The translations under genes and the position numbers were made by a program. A stretch of DNA of 64,000 bases from contig QPMI01000594.1 in NCBI GenBank assembly GCA_004431415.1, positions 1 to 64,000 on the forward strand. Reading direction: 5' to 3'. Shown here piece after piece: positions 50,901 through 61,133 of this stretch (position 1 is the first letter of the stretch; every line of letters starts with the position of its first letter). The stretch is from Cyanophora paradoxa CCMP329 (lineage: Eukaryota; Plantae; Glaucophyta). The notes below the pieces were generated by a model, which was not told the DNA's origin, did not search any database, and was given only the letters and a program-made list of their open reading frames with translations.

Positions 50901-53296
50901 CCCAAGGCCCCCCCCCCGGCCCAGGCCCCGACCCCGCCCTCCCCCGAGTCGCCCCCGCCCAAGAAGGGAGAGGAGGAGGGGAAGGCCACGCCGCCCTCGC
51001 CGGCGAAGGAGGCGCCGGCCCCGGCCAAGGAAGTCAAGGAGGAGGAGGAGGATGGGGAGGTGGAGGAGGAAGAGGCGAGGGCCCCTTTCTTCCTTCTCCA
51101 CCCCCCACGATTCCCCCCCCCCCCCCCACACACACACACCGTGACTCACGCGCCCTCTTCTTTTTCTCCGTCCTCCTTCAGGTACCCGAGGAGGTCGTCT
51201 CGTCCGCCGGGTCCCGCTCCGCCGCCGGGGAGGAGGTACCCCCCTCTCGCCTCCCCAGCGGTACCCCCCACCCTCCCGCTTACCTGAGAGCGGCGTCTGC
51301 AGGGGTCGGGCGCCGAGGACGAGTCCGAGTACACTCAGGTGAGCATTCCCGCCGGAACGTTTGCTGCTCTTCGTCGTGCTCATATGAGCCAGGACTTCGA
51401 GCGGTCGGCGGCGGCGCATTCGGCGCGGTCCCCGCAGACCCCCGGGGCCCCCTCCGAGGTCCGTTCCTTCGCTTCGTCCAAGTTATTCGCTTCCTCTTTA
51501 GCTGTCTCACCGCTCCGATCAGCCCGCAAAGTCGCCCAAGACCCCCGGCGCCGCTTCCGAGGTCCGAACCCGCGCTCCTACCCCCCTCCCGCCGTCCTTT
51601 CGTCCGCTTGACGTCACGCTCGCTTCAGGCCTCCGCGGGCGCCGCATCCCCTGCGCACGCCCCCGCCCCGCCCCAGGCGCGCCGACACCGATTCCCCCCT
51701 CCGTCCCCGCCTGATTTTCGGCGCAGGAGCTGTTCCCCGACGCCGGCCCGGCTGCGGCGGCGCCGCCGCGGCCCGCGCCGGCCGCCCGCGCCTTCGACGA
51801 GAGCCAGGACGAGTCCATACAGGTCATCTATTTTAAGACCAGATCGAATCTTATCAAGAGGTCTGAGGGGGCTTCTTTTTCGCCGCAGGAGTCGATGGAG
51901 TCTCTGCCGGCCGAGCCGCCCGTCCGCACCTCTGCCGGCCCCTCCCGCCAGGAGCTCGCCGAGCGCGTCGCCGCGGTACCCCCTTCCCTCTCTGATTTTG
52001 GAGCACGGTTCTGAGGGGTACGCGCGCTTTCGTTCGGCAGGCGCTGGAGGCGCAGCTCCTCCGCGAGACCGCCACGGGTACCCGGGCCGAATGGGGGGGA
52101 GGAAAGGGGGTAGACGCTGACTTTCGGCGCAGTAATGTACGTGAAGGTCTGCGAGGTGCACCACCCGGAGGCCGTACCCAAGTCCCGCCGCCACGCCGGT
52201 TCGAATCCCTCCGGAACGACAAAAGGCGTGGGGATCTCATTTCTCGTACCCCCGCAGGGTCTTCGGGGCCCTCGTCCCCCGGCGATGCCCCCTCCTCCCC
52301 CGCCTCTTCCGTCGCCTCCTCCCTCGCGTCCCCCCCCACCCGCGGCGCCCCGCCCTCGGCGCCCACCCCGGAGCCCCCCTCCCCGCCCTCGGCGCCCCCC
52401 GAGCCCGCGCACCCGTCCCCGGGCCGGGCGGAGGCGAAGGAAGGCGCTTCGTCCGCCCCCGCGCTGCCCTCGCTCCCCGGGCAGAAGCCCAAGCCCCAGG
52501 CCGCGCCCGTATCCCCCGGCATGCCCCAGTCCTCCCTCCTCCGCTCCGCCGTCCGAACCGACTCCGAACACGCGTCCGCCTTCCTCCGAAACGTGCGCTC
52601 GTTGTACCCCTCGCCAGGCCCCTTTCTCCTCCCCCACCTCAACCCGCGCGCCGCAGCTGCTGGCCGCGCCCGCGCCGGCGGCGGCCGGCGGGGGTACGGT
52701 GGCGTCGCGCCTGCGGCAGGCGCTGGAGAGGGGTCTACCCCCCGCGGCCGAGAGCCTGTCGCCGTTCCTGTCGGACGCCGCGTTCGACGCGGCGCAGCGG
52801 CAGACGGCGCGGGAGGAGGAGGAGGGCGGGTCCGGGGCGGACGCCGCCGCGCAGCGGGCCGCCGACCGCCTTCTCTACGACGCCGCCCGCGCTGCCGTCC
52901 TCGAGCTGCTGATCTGAGCGCAGGACGCGGCGGACGAGGAGGAGTGGGCAGACACGGCGCTGGACGCGGCCGCAGTCCAGGTCCGGGCCCCACCCCACGC
53001 CCCGCGCTCTAGATTGAGCCGCGAGCGCCGAGAAGCTTGAGCCTTTCATGCTCTTCGATGCGAACCGCTTCTAGATCTTCACCAGCAAGCCGTTCTAACT
53101 TTAGCGGCCTTTCCTGCCCGGCCCGGGTGCCGCTCTGCCTAGCGTTCCAACCGAGCGCTGACGCGGCGCGCGCGCGGGGCAGGCGGAGGTGGCGGATGCT
53201 GTGCTGGAGGCGGCCGTGGCGGACACGGCGCGGGCGCTCGCCGCGCTCGCCGCGCGCCGCCGCGCCCGCCGCGCCATCGGCCGCGCCGGCAGGTAG
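35950..53296 (+). CDS. CEP350: CEP350/CAP350-like centriolar coiled-coil protein (intron-rich, low-complexity linkers)
   Basis: Spliced motifs resemble CEP350 blocks: RLSPDELSRRLLAEVGRLE|AAEESRLQLEALE; EEEQRARYHDAVLKLREKAAE|ERAKAELAWI; LAAERAEIEH|L; C-terminal DUF4378-like EEEWADT..|AEVADAVLEAAVADTARAL. ATG at 35950, TAG at 53294-53296. An in-frame TGA at 52915 is unresolved. Confidence 0.7.
40218..40248. repeat. (CTAGT)n microsatellite in an intron
   Basis: ctagtctagtctagtctagtctagtctagt. Confidence 0.9.
46030..46054. repeat. (CTAGA)n microsatellite in an intron (reverse complement of the 40218 repeat)
   Basis: ctagactagactagactagactaga. Confidence 0.9.
47015..47465. repeat. Degenerate intronic tandem repeat
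   Basis: 3-4 copies of CTCTAGCTCCC...GCCCTYGCCCTTGGATGGATCCAGGG. Confidence 0.75.
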
Positions 53297-54004
53297 CTCG
53301 ATCGGCGGCCAAGCGGGCGCGCTCGGCGCGGGGTTGGCGCCACTCGCCGCCCGCCGCCGCGCCCGCCGATCCATCGGCCGACGGCCGCCCCGGCCGCGCA
53401 GGTAGCTAGATGCAATGGCTGTGCGCGCGGGTACAATGAAGTTTACACTGAAGGGGGTACGCTGAAAAGCCTCCAAGCTTGCGCACCGTTGAACTGGAAG
53501 CAAAACGGCCAGAAAGGAACGAAGCTCGGATCGATCTTTCTTTGATTGCCTGTGAAATTATTCCAATTAACACAGAAGAATTGGGTGCGGACGATGCATG
53601 GACTTAAAGGCGTCAGTGTCACTGAATGCCATGATCATGATGAGTTTTCTTTCCATGCATGCACTCATGAGTCGTGATCAAAAGATTCACAACCTCGGAA
53701 AATACTGCTCCCACATACCAAACCCCCGCGCGGGGGGGCCCGTTTAGAGGCCTAAACGCATGTCTCGAACTGCGAGTCGTGTTAATCTAGTTATACGAGT
53801 GCGAGTTTAAACTCGATTTGAAACTCAGATCTACGCTCCCTTTGCCGCTAGCAGGGGGTATCCCCAATTGCAAGTCCCCAGGGGGGCCCATGGCTCTGTA
53901 ACTGTAAGTCGCCACTCACACTTACGGACTCATACGTACGTATACGTAAGTCTGTAAGCAGTGCTGTTATTTTTAACGTACTGATTATACCGTGACACTT
54001 CCTC

Positions 54005-54200
54005 CCTCACCCTCATATTCGATTCAATGATTCCACGCTTGTACATGTGGGGATGGATGGGAAGCCATCGCATCTCACGATCACCCTAGGCCTCCTCATT
54101 CGATTTCACGCTTGTGGGGATGGAGCCTCGGAGGTGCCCGGGGGGGGCCATATATAGCATCTCACCCTCCTCATTCGATTCCACGCTTGTGGGGATGGAT
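54005..54200. repeat. Three diverged direct repeats upstream of the viral element
   Basis: CCTCATTCGATTCCACGCTTGTGGGGATGGA at about 54010 (with insertions), 54095 and 54169. Confidence 0.85.
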
Positions 54201-55148
54201 CAGAGGGGCGACCGGACCATCGTCTCTATAGCAAAGGGGTGAGAGAAAAAGAGTGGGAACAAAGGGAATCGGAAATAAGATATTAATGCAAAGCGCGAGC
54301 GCTAGCGAGCGCGGGGGACGGGGGGAGGCGGGGGCCCGCGGCGGCGGACGGCGGCGCCGCGGCGGGAATTCGAAGGGCGGGGCGCGGCGGGGCGAGGGTC
54401 AACGGCGGCGGATCGTCGGACATGTACATGTGCAGCGGCGCGATCGAGGGGCATGCGCATGGCGCGGCGGAGTGGGGGGACGCGGCGGTGGACGGCGGCG
54501 GGACGCATACAACGTATACGCCCGTGGGCCCTTGGCCCCTAGCTAGGCCTGGCCTCGGGGAGTGCGGGGGCCCGGGGGCGGGGGGTGGGGACGCTGGCCC
54601 CCGGCCCTTGGGCCCTGGGTGGTTCCGGCCCGACTCCCGGGGGCCGGGGGCCCGGGAGTCGGGAGTCGGGACTCCAAAAAATGAGAGTACCCCCATCAGG
54701 GTGGGCCCGCCCTCTTTGCCACCCTCACCCCTCCAAAACCACCCCATCCCACCCACTCCAGCGCCTTCCCAGCCCTCATTCTTTCCCACTCTCTCGCTAC
54801 GTCTACCGCCCTTCTCTCCCTCTGGTCTACCTCCCCTTCCATCCAGCAACCGCTAGGTAGTATCTAACGTCTACTCCAATCGATCTTGCAAAAGATATAG
54901 CAGTGATTTGAGACGGGCCCCCAACGCGACGGTCTGCAGAGATAGCTTAATCAGCAGCTAGGCGTTAATACTGTGTTCTTCCTATCTAAATAGCGGAGAG
55001 GTTTCCAGTTCTAGCTAGACGATAAAACTATATAATCGAAGCTGATTGCATATGCGAGTTTAGGTTCTAGTTAGTCAATAATACTGTGTGGATGATAGCG
55101 CCGGTCTTTGAATCACCAACGGGTCACCGCAATTGAGGTTTCTCTTAT

Positions 55149-55160
55149 TTTGTCTTAAAG
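55149..55160 (+). promoter_or_regulatory. Putative viral promoter motif TTTGTCTTAAAG upstream of pPolB
   Basis: Identical 12-mer on the minus strand at 60530-60541; CTTAAAG at 60560-60566; GTCTTAAA at 61140-61147. Confidence 0.45.
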
Positions 55161-55231
55161 AGATCCCTTTCCAATATTGCTATGTGAAGTTGCGTTTGGA
55201 ACAAGCAAAAAAATTGTGATATATACTTCCA

Positions 55232-58200
55232 ATGGACGTTACCCAGAATAATGCAGCGACTCGGCGCTTCCGGTTGGCCAGAATCAAAGACCAGATCGAA
55301 GCGCTCGCGATATCATTGTATAATCGACGCGTCATACATTGGGCCTTCAAAAATAAATTGATTAGAATTTCAGCACAAGGCTCGAGAACACGTTTTGCAA
55401 CGTTGGAAAAGTACGCTTCACTCTTGAACGAACTTGCAAGACTTCCTAGGTCAGCGCGTCCTGTGTCAGGTCGTCGACTAGAGCTAGCGATTGCTGAGGG
55501 CCAGGCCGACATTGTTCGAGGGTTCTCAGAATTACCTGAGGTTGACGGTGGAGATGATGTTCAAATCAATGACAGCAATACGACTACAGCGCTTGACGGG
55601 CGATATGCGGAGTGGAAATACCAATTGCCTCGCGGTTCTGGCCGCGTAACCTCGATGCAAGCCCGATTTGAGAACAACGAACTTTTCAAACAGAACGCAA
55701 TAGCATTCGTTAGCGCCCAGGTAAATCTTGCAGAGGCGGTAAGAATGGGCATTGCACTACAAATCTCTGGATTAGCGGTATACAGAAAGCCAGAGACTGA
55801 TACAACAATTGCAATCATTATTGAGCATCGCCGTTTCGATCGCATCGAGCCAGGGGCAAGCATCGAGACTGCTCTGCGCTCACAGCTGGAAGAACTAGAC
55901 ATTCTTGCAACAGAGAAAAGCAGGGATTCCTCAGTTTTCGACACATGGATACATCTGGTCTTTAAAACTGTGCGATACTTCCGCCGCATGGGTGGTCGTG
56001 GACGTAGGTTCACACTCCCGCGGTGGCTTGTGGAGAAGCAGGCACTCATCAATATCGATGCTCCGAACAATGAATGCTTCAAGTATGCTGTACTTGCAGC
56101 TCAGCACGCGCTACGACCGGGCCAGGATTCACGTAGTGCTTGTCATTATCGACCGTATGAGAGCTCTTTGGACTGCACTATGCTCACATTTCCCACCCCG
56201 CTAGATTCAAAGGTTTTCAAAAAGTTCGAGCAGGCTAACAACGTAAACCTATGTATTTATACGACAGCATTAGATGAACAGGACATTGTACCAATCCATA
56301 TCAGCGCAGCAAAAGACGCAATACCAATCTTGTATGTACCTGCAGGCAGCGACAATGATGTAGGGCATTATCTCTGGATCAAGAACATCTCACGTCTGTT
56401 TGGAAAACATGATTCTCCCGCCAAACACTATTGTCTTGCGTGTCAAACAGGTTTTAGCTCAGGTGCTGCGTTTGAAAATCATCTTAAATATGACCGTTGC
56501 CTCGATCGAGACGAGCATGCGAGAGATGTTCTGCCGAAAAAAGGAGCCCACATCCAGAAGTTTATTAACTATGAGTACTCAATCCGGCAACGTCTGGTCG
56601 GATATGCTGATTCAGAGACGATTACAATGCCAATTCCCTGCATTAGTGGAAAGACCGAAAAGAAAGGTGTGCATGTGATTGCTTCAGTCGGCTGTCTGGT
56701 TGTATCTTCGAAAGGTGAACAGTTTTGTTTCAAATACATGGGTTCGGAGAGCGAGGACTGCGCTGAGAAGTTCGTGCAATGGTTGGACGAAATGGAACCA
56801 CAATTTCGAGAGCTCTTGCGAGAGACTGCACCAATCCAGATTACTCAGGAAGAGGAGCAGCGTTTTCAAACGACGACCGAGTGCTACATGTGCAAGAACA
56901 CGTTCAAGGATGCGAAAGACAAGCACCGTGATCACTGCCACGAATCTGGCCGATATTTCGGGGCTGCCTGCAGAGCTTGCAATCGACGCCGCGCGAAATC
57001 AGCTGCTGTTCCATTATTCTGGCACAACGGTCGAGGATTTGACTTCCACCTGCTCGTACGTGCTCTAGCATCTGGCTATAACCGTCGTTTAGCAGCTTGG
57101 AAGGAGTTTCAAGCGCATGTCGAAAGCGAGTTTGAAAGCAAGTACGGTGGACGTGAGATGACCCCAGAGCAGAAAAAGAAGGCGAAGAAGGGGCTCGAAC
57201 GCCGACTCCGCCCACAGAGTCTCCTTTCGATAAAATTCGATCAGGTCTTTCAGAATAGCGAGCGAATTTCGCAGTTCAAGTATGGAATTTACGTTCTACG
57301 GGACTCGGCTCAGCACTTGAATGCGAGCTTGGACGACCTTGCAAAGGCTCTGCCCGCGGAAAAGAAGAAGATCACGCGCTCGCTGTATCTGGACGAGACT
57401 CGGTTCAAGCTGATGACTAGCAAAGGGATTTACCCTTATGATTACATGACGAGCTGGGCTCGCTTTCAGGAGTCTAAACTGCCTGCACGTCGTTATTTCA
57501 AAAATCAGCTTAAACAGAAGAAATGCACGAAAGATGAGTACGCACATGCGAAGGCTGTTTGGCGAGAGCTCGGCTGCAGAACGCTATCAGGCTATACAAT
57601 GGAGTATATGATGACAGATATCGCGTTACTAGCTGACGTGTTTGAAAACTATCGTGATACGTGTATTGAAACGTATGGCCTAGATCCTAGCTATTTTATG
57701 TCATCGCCGGGATTTGCTTGGCAGGCAGCACTTAAGCACACTGGAGTGAAGCTCGAGCTCTTTCACGAGGGCAGCAGGATATGCACAGATTTATAGAATC
57801 CGGGATCAGGGGCGGAATCTCAATGATCTCAAAACGCTACGCACGAGCTGAGAACAAATATTTGAGCATAAAGTTCAACAAGTACACCCACGCTGTTGAG
57901 CCTACAGTCTCACAGTCTACATGCATGTCTAACTACTACCGAACACACAAGGAATCGTGGCTCATGTACCTCGATGCAAACAACTTGTACGGCGTCGCAA
58001 TGAAGCGCAAGCTACCCACAGGAGATTTCCGCTGGGATAAACTAGATCAAGACGTTGATGTAATGCAGTACGTTGCAAGCCTTGACGCGGATGGAGCTCG
58101 TGGCTATGCTCTCGAAGTCGATATGTACATGCCTGAGCATCTCCATGACGAGTTCTCAGACTATCCGCTGGCCCCTGAACGGATGTGTGTGTCCAAGGAA

Positions 58201-59289
58201 CACCTATCAAAGCGACAACAGGATATGATTAACGACGAGAAGCTTACCTCAGTTGAACGAACTCCAAAGCTCGTTCCGAATCTGCTTCCAAAAAAGAATT
58301 ATGTTGTTGATGGACGCTTGCTTCAGCTCTATACGTCACTGGGAATGATAGTAACCAACATCCATCGGGTCCTATCGTACGAACAAAGCGCATGGCTAGG
58401 GCGTTTCATAGATCTCAATACTCAAAAACGTAAAGAATCGCAGTTCACATACCAGAAGGACCTTTACAAGTTGATGAACAACAGTGTCTTCGGAAAGACG
58501 ATGGAGAACGTGAGAAAGCACTGCTTTTCAGAGCTTGTGACTTCGGGAGACCGTCTGGTGAAGATCAACAGCGAACCAAATCGGTTGAAGCAGGTGGTGA
58601 TGTACGAAGAGAACCTTGTATTCGTTTCCAAGCGCAAAAGTGAGTACAATCTGAACAAACCTATCTACTGCGGGTTCGTCATCCTCGAACTTTCCAAGCT
58701 GCACATGTACCGCTTTTACTACCAGGTGCTCAAGCCGCTTTGGGGCCAGCGGCTGACACTATTAGGTACGGATACTGACAGTCTCATCATCGAGGTTCGC
58801 ACCAAAGATATCTATGCTGATTTACGCTCAATCAAGCATGAGCTGGATGTTAGCGACTACCCAGAGACACATCGATTCTTCGATGGCATGACAGCCGATG
58901 AGGTTCGAGCTCTACGATCGATGGGGAAAACTCCGGGATTATTCAAGGATGAGCTCCATGGTCTGCAAATGACAGAGTGGATCGCTAACCGGCCGAAATC
59001 TTATTATTATTCGCGTGAAGATTCCACGGACAAGCAGGTATGCAAGGGTATTCAAAAGACGTACTACAACAGACTCACAAGGGATGTATTCTTCCGGTGC
59101 GTCTGTCCTAAAGAGGGAGAAAAGCAATCGTATGACATCAAAGGAATTCTCGGTTTCCGCTCGAAACTACATGAGATTTATTTACAACGAACCTCGCGTC
59201 AGGCTCTTCATCCCCTTGATACCAAACGCTTCCTCGAGACTGACGGGATCAACACCCGAGCGATTGGACATTATAAAAATCGCGCCTGA
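55232..59289 (+). CDS. Protein-primed family B DNA polymerase (Polinton type) with inserted endonuclease VII zinc domain; split by a 1-nt frameshift near 57770
   Basis: ALINID..NECFKYAV, GYADSET, CYMC..HRDHCH..GRYFGAAC..CN, HNGRGFDFHL, KGIYPYDY, IRGGIS, YLDANNLYG, KLMNNSVFGK, GTDTDS, GLFKDE, CKGI. Adding one G to GGG at 57769-57771 fuses the two ORFs (FHEGQQDMHRFIESGIRGG, about 1352 aa). Confidence 0.92.
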
Positions 59290-59298
59290 TTTACAAAG

Positions 59299-60201
59299 AT
59301 GTACCAGATTACTGCGCCACCGGGTGTCTGGCAAATTGACGTATTATTTATTGGGAGATTTCGCTTGTTTGCAGGAGTCGAGATTGCAACCCGCTTTGCT
59401 GTCGTGCGCAAGCTCGAGACCTTTAAGCAGCTTCCAAAAATGATTGCACAGCTGCCTGGAATCTGGGGTTTTTCTGGAGACAACGGTTTTAACACAGCAG
59501 CGATTCGGGCAATGGCTGCAGAGAACTCGTTAAAAATGCACACTGATGTGGCTAAGGATGATCACATTTCAAAAGGAAACAAGCTGGGAATTATTGACAG
59601 GTTTGCGCGGACATTGCGAGCGTTGATCCAGGCAGACACCGAAGCACGTGGCTCACCGCATTTTCTGTCACGTTTGCCGGCAATTATTAAGGCGTACAAT
59701 GAAACAGCCCACAGCTCTTTCGGCGGAGAGCACTCCCCAACATGGATGCGGGAAAACTCGCAGGTTGCCGAGCAGTTGCATCAAGTGCGACAGCGACAGA
59801 ACGATATCGAACGAGAGAATGCTAACTTGCCTAGACCAGGAACCGAAGTGCAAGTCCTGGAGCCGAAGCCAAGCGTGTTTGCAAAGGGTGTGGCGAAACC
59901 AAGCAAAGAGACGTATGTTGTTGCTGGCGCTGATAGAAATCGCATAAGGCTTATCACTAAACAAGGCGTGGAGATTTCTAGACGCGTTAAACCATCGGAA
60001 ATACGTCAGCCGCGTGAGCGTGCGCCTCAAACACGAATCGAAAAAGAAGAAGCGCAAATGCGACAGCAGAGGCAATTGAGGCGTGAGGGATTGATCGAAA
60101 TGAAAAAATACAGCGGCCAGAGCCGGCAGTATCGAGAGCTCAAGAAGCTCGAAGTGGATGCTGAGCCTAAGCTGCGAGCGGGCGCTAAGCCACTTCTTTA
60201 G
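59299..60201 (+). CDS. Retroviral-like (RVE) integrase
   Basis: WQID...VEIATRFA...SGDNG...LGIIDRFARTLR...IIKAYNETAHSS..SP core. Confidence 0.85.
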   Translation: MYQITAPPGVWQIDVLFIGRFRLFAGVEIATRFAVVRKLETFKQLPKMIAQLPGIWGFSGDNGFNTAAIRAMAAENSLKMHTDVAKDDHISKGNKLGIIDRFARTLRALIQADTEARGSPHFLSRLPAIIKAYNETAHSSFGGEHSPTWMRENSQVAEQLHQVRQRQNDIERENANLPRPGTEVQVLEPKPSVFAKGVAKPSKETYVVAGADRNRIRLITKQGVEISRRVKPSEIRQPRERAPQTRIEKEEAQMRQQRQLRREGLIEMKKYSGQSRQYRELKKLEVDAEPKLRAGAKPLL

Positions 60202-60493
60202 CAAGGCATCTGCGTGCAATGTATGCTTTATGATATTCCCGGATCCGATCAGGATTCTCAACCCGATACTTCGCTGTAATAGCAAGCTGTTTCAAACGGT
60301 ATGTTTCATTTGTATGACGAAGCTTTCGATTACGCTCGGCATTTTTCCTTCTGCGTTCTGCTAGAATATCTGGGGTAATCTCGATCGGTTTTGGTCCCTT
60401 CTTCTTCGGTTCATATGGCTCCATTGTCAACAGTCTCACTTTGGGCGGACGCCCACGACCACGCTTTACAGCAGTACAATCTGCAGAACTCAT
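60185..60493 (-). CDS. Small basic AT-hook DNA-binding protein
   Basis: ATG at 60493 (MSSADC); KRGRGRPPK AT-hook; K/R-rich helix; YRVENPDRIREYHKAY. Confidence 0.6.
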   Translation of the reverse strand: MSSADCTAVKRGRGRPPKVRLLTMEPYEPKKKGPKPIEITPDILAERRRKNAERNRKLRHTNETYRLKQLAITAKYRVENPDRIREYHKAYIARRCLAKEVA

Positions 60494-60511
60494 TATTCGC
60501 TTATCTCTCAA

Positions 60512-60569
60512 TAATAAGAGGCATAAATCCTTTAAGACAAATTAGCGCGACTTTTGGACCTTAAAGATA
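60512..60569. promoter_or_regulatory. Putative divergent promoter between the AT-hook and HNH-AP2 genes
   Basis: AT-rich gap with CTTAAAG on both strands, each pointing at its downstream ATG. Confidence 0.45.
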
Positions 60570-61133
60570 ATGCAATCTGTAGATGTAACGAAAAAGAAGA
60601 TGGAGGTCGTCATTTCTGATGTACCAGAGGGTGCTGCGTTGATTCCGTTAATGGGCATTCGCAATCGACGCAAAGTCATCGTCGCCTACGCTCTTGTGTC
60701 ACAGGATGATGCTGAGCGTGTGCTCGGGTTCCGCTGGAGTTTGAAAAAGGGATATGTCAGAGCCAAGATCAATGGAAAAACCGTGTATTTGCATAATTTC
60801 ATTGTTGGGAGACTTGAGAATGGGTTGACCGTTGATCATATTAATAATAACAAACTTGATAATAGACGCAAAAATTTGCGGCTTGCAACAGCTCGTCAGC
60901 AGAATCTTAACCGTGGTCAGCTGCGAAACAACACATCGGGTTTCATTGGTGTTTACTTCGATCAGCGAGATGGTAAATGGAAGGCAGAATATCATCTAAA
61001 TGGCCGCAAAAAGACCATCGGTCGGTTTCAAACAGCAGAGGCTGCAGCTCATGCACGCGATGCATATGCCTTAGAACACACCAGCGAAGAGGACAAGCCA
61101 TTCTTGCGGCTGAACTTCCCAGTTACCGTTTAA
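60570..61133 (+). CDS. HNH endonuclease with C-terminal AP2 DNA-binding domain
   Basis: YLHNFI...VDHINNNKLDNRRKNLR...QN; NTSGFIGV...KWKAEY...IGRFQTAEAAAHARD...LNFP. Confidence 0.9.
   Translation: MQSVDVTKKKMEVVISDVPEGAALIPLMGIRNRRKVIVAYALVSQDDAERVLGFRWSLKKGYVRAKINGKTVYLHNFIVGRLENGLTVDHINNNKLDNRRKNLRLATARQQNLNRGQLRNNTSGFIGVYFDQRDGKWKAEYHLNGRKKTIGRFQTAEAAAHARDAYALEHTSEEDKPFLRLNFPVTV

Noticed and set aside
35799-53503. Long R/P/G/A-rich ORFs on both strands (e.g. 35799-38039, 37430-39805, 51854-52993)
   Set aside because: These arise from very high GC and unspliced reading through introns; the spliced + strand model explains the region.
54855-55231. Terminal inverted repeat matching the right end of the window
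   Set aside because: Only scattered 8-9-bp matches were found, with no extended inverted homology within the window.
57761-57796. Programmed frameshift or genuinely split pPolB
   Set aside because: There is no slippery heptamer, and one extra G in a G run restores a typical motif. The same error type is demonstrated at 9340. A real inactivating mutation cannot be excluded without reads.
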